Assembly: GCA_040222015.1 (NCBI GenBank)
Contig: JAVJWO010000124.1
Span: 1-26,974, forward strand
Length of the DNA stretch: 26,974 nucleotides
Direction of reading: 5' to 3'
Source of the DNA: Coleofasciculus chthonoplastes F2-STO-03
GTDB lineage: Bacteria > Cyanobacteriota > Cyanobacteriia > Cyanobacteriales > Coleofasciculaceae
The notes beneath the pieces are model-generated. The model was not told the DNA's origin and made no database searches. It saw nothing but the letters and a program-made list of their open reading frames with translations. Both the position numbers and the translations under genes were made by a program. Positions 1-9,189 of this stretch are shown here, in pieces (position 1 is the first letter of the stretch; each line of letters begins with the position of its first letter).

Positions 1-1119
1 TCCAGGCTGGTTTATAGACAGCCCCACAAGTGCAATATTATTGGCTCCATTAAAGTCGGCATCTCCATGCCAACCACAATGCCCACACCTGAAAGTCTTG
101 CCACTACGGTAAGACTTTCCTTTTACCGGGTGAATGTGTAGGCAATTGTGACACATTTGGGAAGTATAGGCAGGGGGGATTGGGATAACTCGAACACCAG
201 CGCAAATAGCTTTGTACTCAACAAACATTCGCAGTTGATAAAATGCCCATGAATTTGAGCGTCTGCGTTCCGTCTTGCTTCTGGGTTGCTGGTTAGTTCT
301 CTCCCTAATTCCCGTAAGGTCTTCTATAGCAATAGAGGCACTATACTCAACTGCTCGTCTGACCACTGATTTGGAGATGTTGTGATTAAGCCATTGCTGG
401 TAGCGTCTTTCCCGTCCCGACAGCCGTTTCAAGACTTCTCGACATCTACGCCGAGTTGTCCTCGTGCCTTTCGGGGCACTCTTCTGGAGAGACGCCCTAA
501 CTTGATAAAACTTATCTCGCACTGACTGAATGTGCTTACCGTCCCACTTTTTGCCCTCTGATGTAACTGCAATGTCGCGCCGCCCTAAGTCAATACCGTG
601 AACCTTGTCGGCAATTGGCGAGTCTTTTGCATCGTCTTTGATTTGGATGTGCAAGTAGAAGTGACCATCACGGTGTTTGCATAGTTGAGCAGAAGTCGGG
701 TTTCTCTGTTTGAGTTTTCCTCTTTGGTAGTTGCCGACTTTTAATTCAACTCGCTCTCTGCCGTGAACGGTAGCAAGGCTTACCGTCCAGTCTTGTTCTC
801 GGAAGCGAAACAAGTCTTTGTCACAGTCGATGCTGCTTGGGGCAAATCTTTTAACAGGTTTGCCTTTTAGCTTGGCTACCTTGCGGTTGGCAGCTACACG
901 CGCACAAGCCCTAACTGCCATGTTTGCCACCAGATTGAATTTTTTCTTGATGGTTTGGTAGACCAATGACTGGATGGCAATTTTGTTGGTCAGCTTAGGG
1001 TCTGTGTTTTCGTTCACGTAGTTACAAGCGTCCGCAAACGCCTGAAGAGTTGCCTCTAAGAAGGCAACTTGTTCAGGAGAGGGTTGGAGCTTTACAACTA
1101 TTGTGAGAACTTGTTTCAT
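1..1119 (-). CDS. tnpB: RNA-guided endonuclease TnpB (IS200/IS605 family, IS1341-type solo), 3' end runs off the window
   Basis: Manual translation from ATG at 1119 (MKQVLTIVVKLQPSPEQ...) is open for 373 codons to position 1. It shows RuvC-I GIDLG, RuvC-II IAIEDL, SWAFYQLR, YTSQMCHNC...CGHC zinc ribbon and RuvC-III DADFNGANNI. Absent from the ORF track because no stop lies in the window. Confidence 0.95.
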   Translation of the reverse strand, partial: MKQVLTIVVKLQPSPEQVAFLEATLQAFADACNYVNENTDPKLTNKIAIQSLVYQTIKKKFNLVANMAVRACARVAANRKVAKLKGKPVKRFAPSSIDCDKDLFRFREQDWTVSLATVHGRERVELKVGNYQRGKLKQRNPTSAQLCKHRDGHFYLHIQIKDDAKDSPIADKVHGIDLGRRDIAVTSEGKKWDGKHIQSVRDKFYQVRASLQKSAPKGTRTTRRRCREVLKRLSGRERRYQQWLNHNISKSVVRRAVEYSASIAIEDLTGIRERTNQQPRSKTERRRSNSWAFYQLRMFVEYKAICAGVRVIPIPPAYTSQMCHNCLHIHPVKGKSYRSGKTFRCGHCGWHGDADFNGANNIALVGLSINQPG

Positions 1120-1134
1120 GGCTAAACTATACCA
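1120..1134 (-). promoter_or_regulatory. Extended -10 promoter (TGgTATAGT) 6 nt upstream of the tnpB ATG, probably a leaderless transcript
   Basis: Minus strand reads GTGGTATAGTTTAGCC-ATG, with no Shine-Dalgarno sequence. Confidence 0.55.
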
Positions 1135-1204
1135 CCACATGGGATAGAAAGAGAGAGATTGAAAATACTTCGGGGATTGACCCCTCGCATTTTCGGCTAT
1201 CCCC

Positions 1205-3187
1205 CTACCCCTTACTTCGTTGAAGGGGTAGCCCCTCGCGATTCGGGTGGTCTTCTGAAGGCTGCTCAATTGATTGGTCTTTTTCGGTACACACATCCAA
1301 ATTAAACCAGAAGGTTGTACCAATCCCCACTTCACTAACTAAATAAACTCGGCTGTGATGTTTTTCAACAATATTGCGGACAATGGAAAGCCCTAAACCC
1401 GTCCCTTCCAGGGTATGAACTCGATTCTCGACGCGGAAAAATCGATCAAAAATGTTTTCTTGATCCTCCCAATCAATCCCAATACCTGTATCAGAAATTT
1501 CCACCCGAACTTGGGGAATTTCATCCGGATGATGGGGATTGGGTTTTAGGGGATAGGCACGAATCACTACTCGTCCCCCGGATTCTGTGAATTTCAGTGC
1601 GTTGCCTACTAAGTTATCAAAGACTTGCAGCAATAAGTCATAATGCCCTAACACGGGAGGCAATTTAGGCGAAATTTCCTGTACCAGTTCAATCCCTTTA
1701 TCCCGGGCATTAAGCTGGTAGGTGCGGAGGGTTTGCTCTACGGGTCCAGCAATATCTACGGGTTCAAAGTGATAAATTCGGCAAGATGTCTCCAATCTGG
1801 ACAAATCTAAAACATCATTAACCAGACGAGTTAAACGGTCAGTTTCTCGATTCGCCGTTTCCAGAAATTCTTGCCGTTCTACCTCGCTCAAGTCTTCGCC
1901 GTATTCGTGTAGGGTTTCGATGAATGATTTGATGTTAAATAACGGCGTTCTCAGTTCGTGAGAAACATTGCTAATAAACTGACTCTTTGCCTCATTCAGT
2001 TCAACCTCACGGGTAATATCCTGCACCGTCATGGCAATACCTTTAATGCTCTCGCGATATTGGTCAAACACCCGCGTCAGCAGAATCCGAACAGTACGCA
2101 GTGTGGGTTCAGTCAGGGTAATACGGAACTCCTCTCCTTCCCGTTCCGCCGTCGTTTCGCCGCCAGCAATTTGATACAGAGGTCGCGTCAGTTCAGACTT
2201 GACGACTGGCGGTAGATGATGCAACAGATTTTCGCCAACTAGGGTATGACCATCCCAGCCAAAAATACGCCGTGCTGTCGGGTTGACCAAAATCACGTTC
2301 AATGTGGTATCCAGTAATACAGCACCATCTGCGATCGTAGATACCAAGGTTTCCAGTTTGGCTTTTTCTGCGGTTAATTCCTCAATATTTTGTTCTTCAT
2401 AACGCTCTAAGCGTTCTGCCATTTCGTTGAAGCTGGAAATCAGTTCTCCCAGTTCTCCACCCAGGGGTAAGTCAATGCGCTGCTTGAAGTTCCCTGCAGC
2501 AATATTTTTCACACCCGTGAGCAGCTCTTTAATCGGTTGGGTAATCGTCAACGCATTAAATACGGCGCCCAGAATCACCATCACCCAAATCGAGATAAAC
2601 ACAGCAATGGTGACATCTCTAGTTAAATTCGAGGAGGCGACAACCGTGGGATTGGGGTTAATGCCAATGGCTAAAACGCCGAGATAGTTCCCTTCATGGG
2701 TGAGGGGGACAAAAACATCCGTTACTTCCCCGTCTGGGGTGACATGCTGCCGAACCATCGGTAGGTCAGAGTTTTTGGCGTAGTCTTCGGGAAGCTGAAT
2801 CCGGCGTCGAATGGAGAGAGAATTGTGGACTTCCGATTCAGAAAAGGGGATGCCGAAGAAAATTCTGCCATCCTCATCCGCGTAAATCATATAGCGCACA
2901 CTAGAGGTACTGCTATAAAAACGGTGAGAAAAGCGAGCGACTTCGGTGAGATTGTTTTCGGCAATCTGAGGGGCGACATTCGCCGCCAGCAGTAGACCCA
3001 AATCCCGACCAAAACGAGTGTCGTTCACCCGGGCGTCTTGTTGAATCGTATTGACCGCCCAAAAGGTCAAGCCACTCATAATCAAGGAGACGGCTAAGGT
3101 CGCCGCCGCCATTAATCGGGTCTGGAGAGTAAACTCCGACCACCATCGTCCCAGTATCTCTCGGAAGGTTTTCAACAAAGCCAGCAA
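1205..3187 (-). CDS. nblS: Sensor histidine kinase NblS/Hik33/DspA (2 TM, HAMP, PAS, HisKA, HATPase)
   Basis: WWSEFTLQTRLMAAATL N-terminus, HAMP (ELGELISSFNEMAERL), PAS, H-box SHELRTPLFNIKSF, and N/G boxes NLVGNALKFT, DTGIGI, GTGLGL. Confidence 0.93.
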   Translation of the reverse strand: MLALLKTFREILGRWWSEFTLQTRLMAAATLAVSLIMSGLTFWAVNTIQQDARVNDTRFGRDLGLLLAANVAPQIAENNLTEVARFSHRFYSSTSSVRYMIYADEDGRIFFGIPFSESEVHNSLSIRRRIQLPEDYAKNSDLPMVRQHVTPDGEVTDVFVPLTHEGNYLGVLAIGINPNPTVVASSNLTRDVTIAVFISIWVMVILGAVFNALTITQPIKELLTGVKNIAAGNFKQRIDLPLGGELGELISSFNEMAERLERYEEQNIEELTAEKAKLETLVSTIADGAVLLDTTLNVILVNPTARRIFGWDGHTLVGENLLHHLPPVVKSELTRPLYQIAGGETTAEREGEEFRITLTEPTLRTVRILLTRVFDQYRESIKGIAMTVQDITREVELNEAKSQFISNVSHELRTPLFNIKSFIETLHEYGEDLSEVERQEFLETANRETDRLTRLVNDVLDLSRLETSCRIYHFEPVDIAGPVEQTLRTYQLNARDKGIELVQEISPKLPPVLGHYDLLLQVFDNLVGNALKFTESGGRVVIRAYPLKPNPHHPDEIPQVRVEISDTGIGIDWEDQENIFDRFFRVENRVHTLEGTGLGLSIVRNIVEKHHSRVYLVSEVGIGTTFWFNLDVCTEKDQSIEQPSEDHPNREGLPLQRSKG

Positions 3188-3240
3188 AATTGGTTGATCA
3201 GCAGTGAACGGAAACGTTCTCTTAACTTATCTTAATTCTC

Positions 3241-4491
3241 TCAAACATTGATATCTTTACGATAGTACATTCCCTCAAACTCAATACAGTCTATCGCCCG
3301 ATAGGTGGCTGCGATCGCGCCCTCTAATGTTTCCCCGGTTGCTGTCACCGCTAAGACGCGCCCGCCATCGGTTAGCATCTGTTCCTTTTTAAACTGAGTT
3401 CCGGCACAAAACACCGTAGTTCCCCGTTCCTGGGCTTGTTCAATCCCATTAATAACATGACCCTTCTGATACGCCCCCGGATACCCTTGCGCCGCCGCCA
3501 CCACACAAGCCGCCGCCCCAGATTGCCAGCTAATTGGCGGAAATTCTGCTAGTTTCCGCCCGGTACAAGCCAAGAGTAACTCGTGCAGAGGCGTTTCAAG
3601 TAACGGTAAAATCGCTTGAGTTTCTGGATCACCAAAGCGACAATTAAACTCCAGAACCGTGGGATCACCTTGAGGCGTAATCATTAATCCGGCGTAGAGA
3701 ACACCGCGATAGTCAATTCCTCGTTCCTGCAACGCCTTAACTGTGGGTTGGAGAATATCTTGTTCAATCCGTGCCATCAAGCTAGGATTCACCAGGGGAG
3801 AAGGAGCAAACGCGCCCATCCCTCCCGTATTCGGTCCCGTATCGCCTTCACCAATCCGCTTATGATCTTGAGCGGGTAATAAGGGACGAATCGTCACGCC
3901 ATCGGTTAGTGCCAAGACAGACACCTCTTGACCCGTGACACAGTCTTCAATGACCACAGCCTTAAACTTATTCTTAAACAGAAACTCAACCGCCGCCACT
4001 GCTTCCTCAATGGTTTGAGCTACCGTAACCCCTTTTCCGGCTGCCAAACCATCTGCCTTGACGACAATTGGGGCATCTTGCTGTTTCAGGTATGCGATCG
4101 CTTCATCCTTATCGGCAAACATAGCAAACCCAGGAGTGGGAACGCCAGCCGACTGCATTAACGTTTTTGCCCAAGCCTTACTCGATTCAATTTGGGCACC
4201 GGCTTGAGTTGGACCAAAAACCACCAAGTTTTGACGACGTAGGTAGTCGGTAATCCCCAATGCTAGAGGGAGTTCCGGACCCACAACCACTAATGAAATA
4301 TTATGAACTAAAGCAAACCGAGCAATTCCCGCAAAATCATCCACTCGTAAGGACAGGTTCTGACACTGTGGATTTGTCGCTGTACCCCCATTGCCAGGAA
4401 CACAGATTACTTGTTTAATGCGTTGAGATTGCAACAGTTTCCAGGCGAGGGCGTGTTCGCGTCCCCCATTGCCAACCACCAAAATCTTCAC
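3241..4491 (-). CDS. purD: Phosphoribosylamine--glycine ligase
   Basis: KILVVGNGGREHALAW, KADGLAAGKGV, QDHKRIGEGDTGPNTGGMGA, EFNCRFGDPETQ. The start is reassigned to GTG at 4491 because the ORF-track extension to 4665 runs through a REP-like repeat. Confidence 0.96.
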   Translation of the reverse strand: MKILVVGNGGREHALAWKLLQSQRIKQVICVPGNGGTATNPQCQNLSLRVDDFAGIARFALVHNISLVVVGPELPLALGITDYLRRQNLVVFGPTQAGAQIESSKAWAKTLMQSAGVPTPGFAMFADKDEAIAYLKQQDAPIVVKADGLAAGKGVTVAQTIEEAVAAVEFLFKNKFKAVVIEDCVTGQEVSVLALTDGVTIRPLLPAQDHKRIGEGDTGPNTGGMGAFAPSPLVNPSLMARIEQDILQPTVKALQERGIDYRGVLYAGLMITPQGDPTVLEFNCRFGDPETQAILPLLETPLHELLLACTGRKLAEFPPISWQSGAAACVVAAAQGYPGAYQKGHVINGIEQAQERGTTVFCAGTQFKKEQMLTDGGRVLAVTATGETLEGAIAATYRAIDCIEFEGMYYRKDINV

Positions 4492-4645
4492 GTTAGCCTC
4501 GCGCTCCCGAAGAAATGAACGATAAAGTAGACACTGCCATAAAGCAGGTGGTACAACGGATGCCGATGTACCTATGAGTGTGTGAGTTGAGCAAATGTCC
4601 TCTATTATGCCATGGTCTGTCGCCATAAGCTTGATTTTTGATTGT

Positions 4646-4707
4646 GTAGGGGCGGGTTTCACCATTAATAGTTCTTGTCACCCAACTATGACTCAACCCG
4701 CCCCGAC
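4646..4707 (+). repeat. GTAG-type REP-like inverted repeat with 36 nt loop
   Basis: GTAGGGGCGGGTT (4646-4658) pairs with AACCCGCCCCGAC (4695-4707). The same arms occur at 6314 and 12108. Confidence 0.8.
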
Positions 4708-4817
4708 CAAATCCGAGAGTTCTAACCCTTCACTTCGGAAATAGGGGGCATAGCGCGTGCCCCTTCGCTATTTATCCAACGTCCAATACGTTCTGTAAAT
4801 ATTCTTCAAAACCCAAC

Positions 4818-4866
4818 GAATGACAAATGACGAATGACAAATGACGAATGACAAATGACGAATGAC
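4818..4866. repeat. Heptamer tandem repeat (RAATGAC)x7, STRR-type
   Basis: GAATGAC and AAATGAC alternate for 7 units, abutting the photolyase stop codon. Shorter copies occur near 8584, 10825, 15915, 23100, 24355 and 25611. Confidence 0.9.
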
Positions 4867-6293
4867 TATCCTTTTTGCTGTTGATAGCGCTGTTTAAATT
4901 CTTGCTGTCGTTTTTTGTGATCCACGATGGGTTTAGGATAGCCACAACTAGAACTTTCATCCGCAGGAATTTTACCCGTCACCAGATATTTTGTATCTAG
5001 AGAACTCAGTTGGGGTAACCATTGGCGAATATACTCCCCATCTGGGTCATATTTTTGTGCCTGACTTGCTGGATTAAAAATTCGTAAGGGTTTCGGGTCC
5101 ATTCCACTGGAGGCACTCCATTGCCAGCCACCATTATTAGCCGCTAAGTCACCGTCATATAATTTTTGCATAAAATACGTTTCACCCCATTGCCAGTTAA
5201 TAATTAGGTCTTTGGTTAAAAAGCTGGCAACAATCATCCGACAACGGTTATGCATCCATCCCGTTTGATTTAATTGGCGCATGGCAGCATCAACAATCGG
5301 ATAACCCGTTCTACCTTCACACCACGCTTGAAACAGGGTTTTATCATTGTCCCAAGGGAAATCTTGAAAGGTGTCGCGATAGGGTCCTGTTGCTAATTCC
5401 GGAAAGAAATAAAGGGCGTGTTGATAGAATTCTCGCCAAGCTAATTCCTGTTGCCAAGTTTGAATACCATCACGAGTTTCATCGCTACGGCTACGTTCTA
5501 TCGCTGTTTGCGTGGCTTGCCAAACTGTGTGAATTCCGATCGCACCAAATTTGAGGGCGGCGCTGAGTCTAGATGTGCCATCAATGGCGGGGAGATTGCG
5601 TTGGTGTTGGTAGTCATTAATCGTGCGATCGCAAAATTCCTCTAGTCTCTCCTGGGCGGCTTTCTCTCCCGGTTCTAGCATTAGAGAATTGTCCCACGTA
5701 AACCCTAAATCTTTAGCCGTAGGTAACTCAATTGTGCCAACTTTTTTCACTACATCCTGTTCCGTTTCGGTGAGTCCTTCAGCATTTTTTAAGGATTCAG
5801 CGGGGGCGGCTTTGGCGTGGTCTTTCCAGTTTTTCCAGAATGGGGTATAAACTTTGTAAGGATTGCCGGAATTGGTGCGAATGTCTCCGGGGGCATGTAA
5901 GAGTTGATCCCAGAATGATTCAACCGCAATTCCTTTTTCTTCTAGGGCATCTTGTACCGTGCGATCGCGCGTTTGGGCATAGGGTTCCACATCCCGATTC
6001 CAGACTACCGCTTTGGCGTTGAGGGCGTCAGCTAGGGCGGGAATTCCTTGACTAGGATTTTGATGCAGGATTAATAATTGACTCCCCGCTTCAGCGTAGC
6101 GTTGTTGTAACTCCTGCAAGCAGCCAATCATGTACGTGACTCGTGCTGGGGCGATATCATCGCGTTCTAGGATATCTGGGTCAAGACAAAAGACTCCTAT
6201 CACCTTCTGGCTTTTTTGACAAGCCGCAGCTAGACCAATATTATCAGAAATGCGTAAATCACGGCGATGCCAGAAGAGAATCAGATCAGTCAT
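4866..6293 (-). CDS. phrA: Class I CPD DNA photolyase
   Basis: [82 protein letters not shown]. Confidence 0.95.
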   Translation of the reverse strand: MTDLILFWHRRDLRISDNIGLAAACQKSQKVIGVFCLDPDILERDDIAPARVTYMIGCLQELQQRYAEAGSQLLILHQNPSQGIPALADALNAKAVVWNRDVEPYAQTRDRTVQDALEEKGIAVESFWDQLLHAPGDIRTNSGNPYKVYTPFWKNWKDHAKAAPAESLKNAEGLTETEQDVVKKVGTIELPTAKDLGFTWDNSLMLEPGEKAAQERLEEFCDRTINDYQHQRNLPAIDGTSRLSAALKFGAIGIHTVWQATQTAIERSRSDETRDGIQTWQQELAWREFYQHALYFFPELATGPYRDTFQDFPWDNDKTLFQAWCEGRTGYPIVDAAMRQLNQTGWMHNRCRMIVASFLTKDLIINWQWGETYFMQKLYDGDLAANNGGWQWSASSGMDPKPLRIFNPASQAQKYDPDGEYIRQWLPQLSSLDTKYLVTGKIPADESSSCGYPKPIVDHKKRQQEFKQRYQQQKG

Positions 6294-6313
6294 GAATGAT
6301 GAGTTTTGAATTT

Positions 6314-6376
6314 GTAGGGGCGGGTTTAGCGTTTCTAGTTTCGCTGTCGATTATAACGTTTATTCAAAACCCGCCC
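6314..6376 (+). repeat. GTAG-type REP-like inverted repeat with 41 nt loop
   Basis: GTAGGGGCGGGTT (6314-6326) pairs with AACCCGCCC (6368-6376). Confidence 0.8.
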
Positions 6377-6428
6377 TCCGGGTTAATCAATCAAGCAAGT
6401 GCATTAAAATGGGCTAAAACTATTATCT

Positions 6429-6486
6429 AGTCAGCTTTAGCTGACTTTCGCTGACTTTAGCTTTTAGTCTTGGGTTTCAACCTAAG
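6429..6486. repeat. Double-palindrome dispersed repeat
   Basis: AGTCAGC-ttta-GCTGACT followed by CTTGGGTT-tc-AACCTAAG. Confidence 0.55.
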
Positions 6487-6551
6487 GCGTTTTAAGGCTT
6501 GTGGGTCAGTGTTAGGATAAAGCAAACGACTTACAGGTAGTGTAGTTTCAG

Positions 6552-7166
6552 ATGATTCAAATTCTACCAAAATCACTAACATTTGACGAGTTTGTTGCTG
6601 AATACGGAGATCATCCTCGCTATGAACTAATTGATGGAGAATTAGTTGACATGGAACCAACAGGTCCGCATGAACAGGTAACGGGCTTTATTAACATGCA
6701 GTTGAACCTAGCCATCGCTCATCTTAAGCAACCCTACTTTATCCCGATGCGATGTCTGATTAAACCCTTAGGTCAATCTTCAGCCTTTAAACCGGATGTG
6801 ATTGTACTAGATAGACTTGCCCTACGCGATGAACCGTTATGGCAACGTGAACCGATTATTACACTGGGAACTTCAGTCAAGTTAGTGGTTGAGGTGGTGA
6901 GTACAAATTGGCAAAATGATTATGCCCGCAAAGTGGATGATTATCAAGCCTTGGGGATTCAGGAATATTGGATTGTTGATTATCTGGGCTTAGGCGGAAC
7001 ATTTTTTATTGGTTCTCCTAAACAGCCGACGATTACTATCTGCGATTTAAAAGGAGAAACTTACGAGATGAGACAGTTTCGACGGGGAGATTATTTAGTG
7101 TCACCAATGTTTCCTGACTTGGAGTTAGACGCTGACCAAATTTTCAAGGCTGGTGTGTTAGATTAG
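6552..7166 (+). CDS. Uma2 family (DUF820) putative PD-(D/E)xK endonuclease
   Basis: YELIDGELVDMEPTGPHE, FKPDVIVL, LVVEVVSTNWQNDY..K..DY..LGIQEYWIVD. Confidence 0.9.
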   Translation: MIQILPKSLTFDEFVAEYGDHPRYELIDGELVDMEPTGPHEQVTGFINMQLNLAIAHLKQPYFIPMRCLIKPLGQSSAFKPDVIVLDRLALRDEPLWQREPIITLGTSVKLVVEVVSTNWQNDYARKVDDYQALGIQEYWIVDYLGLGGTFFIGSPKQPTITICDLKGETYEMRQFRRGDYLVSPMFPDLELDADQIFKAGVLD

Positions 7167-7230
7167 CCGTAATCCATGAATTTCGCTAGTCGTCATTGAT
7201 TTATATCAACGCCAGTAAACCCAACAGAAT

Positions 7231-7415
7231 AGGGCTAAAGCCCTGACTACGAACCCAATTATCAAGCACCAAATTCAGATAATATATGTTCCGTTCAGGT
7301 TGTAGAGACGTTGCATGCAACGTCTCTACAATGTTTGCCACACAACCCTATTTTTCAACATAACCAATAGCATGAGGACACAGATTGGATAGGGCGCACG
7401 TCTGTGCGCCCCTAC
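7231..7415. repeat. Cluster of three GTAG-type REP-like palindromes
   Basis: AGGGCT-aa-AGCCCTgaCTAC (7231-7250); perfect 30 bp palindrome TGTAGAGACGTTGCATGCAACGTCTCTACA (7301-7330); GGGCGCAC-gtct-GTGCGCCC-CTAC (7392-7415). Confidence 0.85.
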
Positions 7416-7449
7416 AGTTTCCGGGATATCTTTAAAAACAATTAACCCA

Positions 7450-8001
7450 CTATTGCTGCAAAAACGGACGCGCTAGGTAAAAGCTACAAATCGATTTAGC
7501 ATCAACCGCATCTCCCCCATGAATCGCTTTTTCTAATTGTTCGGGTGTCATCAACACCGTTTCTAAATCTTCATCCGCATCCAATCCTGGCGGTGTCTCC
7601 AATTTCTCTAAATCTTGTGCCAGAAATGCGTAAATATATTCATCAGAATACCCAGGTGCCAAGGCAAAATTCCCCAAAGATTGCCAACGGTGCGCCCGAT
7701 ACCCGATTTCTTCTTGGATTTCCCGTTGGATTGTGGTTTCGGGATCTTCTAAAGGTTCCACCGTACCCGCCGGAAACTCTAATAACCGCCGTTGTACCGT
7801 AAACCGATATTGACGCACGAGTACCAGTTTCCCCTCTGGGGTCACAGGAACCGCTAGCGCCCCACCGGGGTGACGAACGCATTCCCAGTCGCCTTTGGCT
7901 TGATTGGGAAGACGCAGGTGATTAACTTCAAAGTTAAATTTGCGTCCCTGATAAACAAAGCGTTGTCTGAGTAGTTGAGGGGGTTCTTTACCTTGAGGCA
8001 T
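7450..8001 (-). CDS. NUDIX hydrolase, ADP-ribose pyrophosphatase-like
   Basis: Nudix box GTVEPLEDPETTIQREIQEEIGY, HPGGA..VP, LVRQYR..LLEFPAG, and a downstream proline (APG) typical of the ADPRase subfamily. Confidence 0.88.
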   Translation of the reverse strand: MPQGKEPPQLLRQRFVYQGRKFNFEVNHLRLPNQAKGDWECVRHPGGALAVPVTPEGKLVLVRQYRFTVQRRLLEFPAGTVEPLEDPETTIQREIQEEIGYRAHRWQSLGNFALAPGYSDEYIYAFLAQDLEKLETPPGLDADEDLETVLMTPEQLEKAIHGGDAVDAKSICSFYLARPFLQQ

Positions 8002-8007
8002 GTCTAA

Positions 8008-8493
8008 CTATACGGGGTGAACTCCAGAACAGTCTACCCTTTGTACGAGTTGTGCGATCGCACATCCGGATACCGGTTCAACCCAGTCGGGGGCAATTTC
8101 GGCTAAGGGAACCAGGACAAAGGCTCGTTCGGTCATCCGAGGATGGGGGATTTGCAGGGTAGGGGTGTCTATTATTAAATTATCGAATAATAAGATATCT
8201 AAGTCTAGGGTTCTCGGTCCCCATCTTTCCCCCCGTTCCCGCCCGAACTGTTTTTCGATGCTGATAAGGGTTTGTAATACGTCGTGGGGGGTTAGCTGTA
8301 CGTCTAGAATCACACAACCATTGAGATAATCCGGCTGCGGCGGACCCACGGGGGCTGTTTGATACCAGCTAGACTGAGACGTGACCGTGATATCGGGAGT
8401 TTTCGCTAACATGACTATAGCCGCCTCTAGGATGGCACGGGAATCCCCCAAATTGCTGCCTAGTGCGATCGCCGATGGTTGAGAGTGTGACAC
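8008..8493 (-). CDS. folK: 2-amino-4-hydroxy-6-hydroxymethyldihydropteridine diphosphokinase
   Basis: IALGSNLGD, QPDYLNG, RWGPRTLDLDILL, IPHPRMTERAFVLVPL. Confidence 0.95.
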   Translation of the reverse strand: MSHSQPSAIALGSNLGDSRAILEAAIVMLAKTPDITVTSQSSWYQTAPVGPPQPDYLNGCVILDVQLTPHDVLQTLISIEKQFGRERGERWGPRTLDLDILLFDNLIIDTPTLQIPHPRMTERAFVLVPLAEIAPDWVEPVSGCAIAQLVQRVDCSGVHPV

Positions 8494-8601
8494 GATACAC
8501 CGTTCCGAAAAACCTATACAGGACTATGCACACCTAAGCATATCTGGACTCTACAAACTGATATCAAAACATTAACTCTCCTGACAAAGGACAAATGACA
8601 A

Positions 8602-9144
8602 TTACTCCTGAGTAATTACGCGCATCAAAGTAGCGGTATCAAAGACATCGGAGGGATAATACACCGTCTCATAATCATCGATCACGATTATCGCTTTTTT
8701 CGGTTGAGTATCCTCTCCACCCAATTGCTGCATAGCGACTTCTGGATTATTGAAACAAAACCAAACTTTGCGATCATCGCCTTGAAATCGGGGTAACTGT
8801 TTTGCGGCGGCTTCATCAACAACAAAACAAGGTATCTCGGTATTTCCTGAAAGCTGGTGATTGGGTTCGTAAGTACCACTGATAGCAATTTGACCCTGAA
8901 ATTGAACTCGACCAATCACACCATAGTTGGGTAATGAGTCAGCTTGAACCGAAACGACTTCCAGACCCATAAAGTCCTCTCCGGGTTGGAGTTGGCGGGG
9001 GTCAAAATGGTTATCAATCGCTTTCAACTCAAAGGATAAGTCTTTAGTCGGTGTCGGGGATGGGTAAGTCTTAGTGGCTAATGCAGCCGTACTCCCTAAG
9101 CTTAGGAGTGAAATAAGTGCGATCGCGGTTGGATGTTGACGCAT
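8602..9144 (-). CDS. Hypothetical secreted protein
   Basis: 180 aa ORF with a signal-peptide-like N-terminus (MRQHPTAIALISLLSLGSTAALA) and two Cys. No family recognised. Confidence 0.75.
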   Translation of the reverse strand: MRQHPTAIALISLLSLGSTAALATKTYPSPTPTKDLSFELKAIDNHFDPRQLQPGEDFMGLEVVSVQADSLPNYGVIGRVQFQGQIAISGTYEPNHQLSGNTEIPCFVVDEAAAKQLPRFQGDDRKVWFCFNNPEVAMQQLGGEDTQPKKAIIVIDDYETVYYPSDVFDTATLMRVITQE

Positions 9145-9189
9145 TGGTAAATAAACTCATTGAAGGTTAATCGATGAGGCTACACTATC

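Larger units (their letters stand above)
1..1240 (-). mobile_element. IS200/IS605-family (IS1341-like, no tnpA) element; left end at about 1120-1240, right end outside the window
   Basis: tnpB is preceded on the minus strand by the hairpin CTACCCCTT-caacgaagt-AAGGGGTAG (1205-1231), then GGGGATAGCC and a second imperfect hairpin GAAAAT...GGGG-tcaat-CCCC...ATTTTC. There is no room for tnpA. The exact left junction is uncertain. Confidence 0.8.

Noticed and set aside
3219..3236. HLR1/RpaB-like direct repeat upstream of nblS (ATTAAGAT-aa-GTTAAGAG)
   Set aside because: About 6 of 16 positions deviate from the (G/T)TTACA(T/A)(T/A) consensus in an AT-rich spacer, which is too weak to call.
4492..4665. 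N-terminal extensions of purD (also rpsJ 19507-19593, iscA 24772-24819, iscS 10827-10850)
   Set aside because: The extensions run through repeats or intergenic DNA. Family-typical starts lie downstream.
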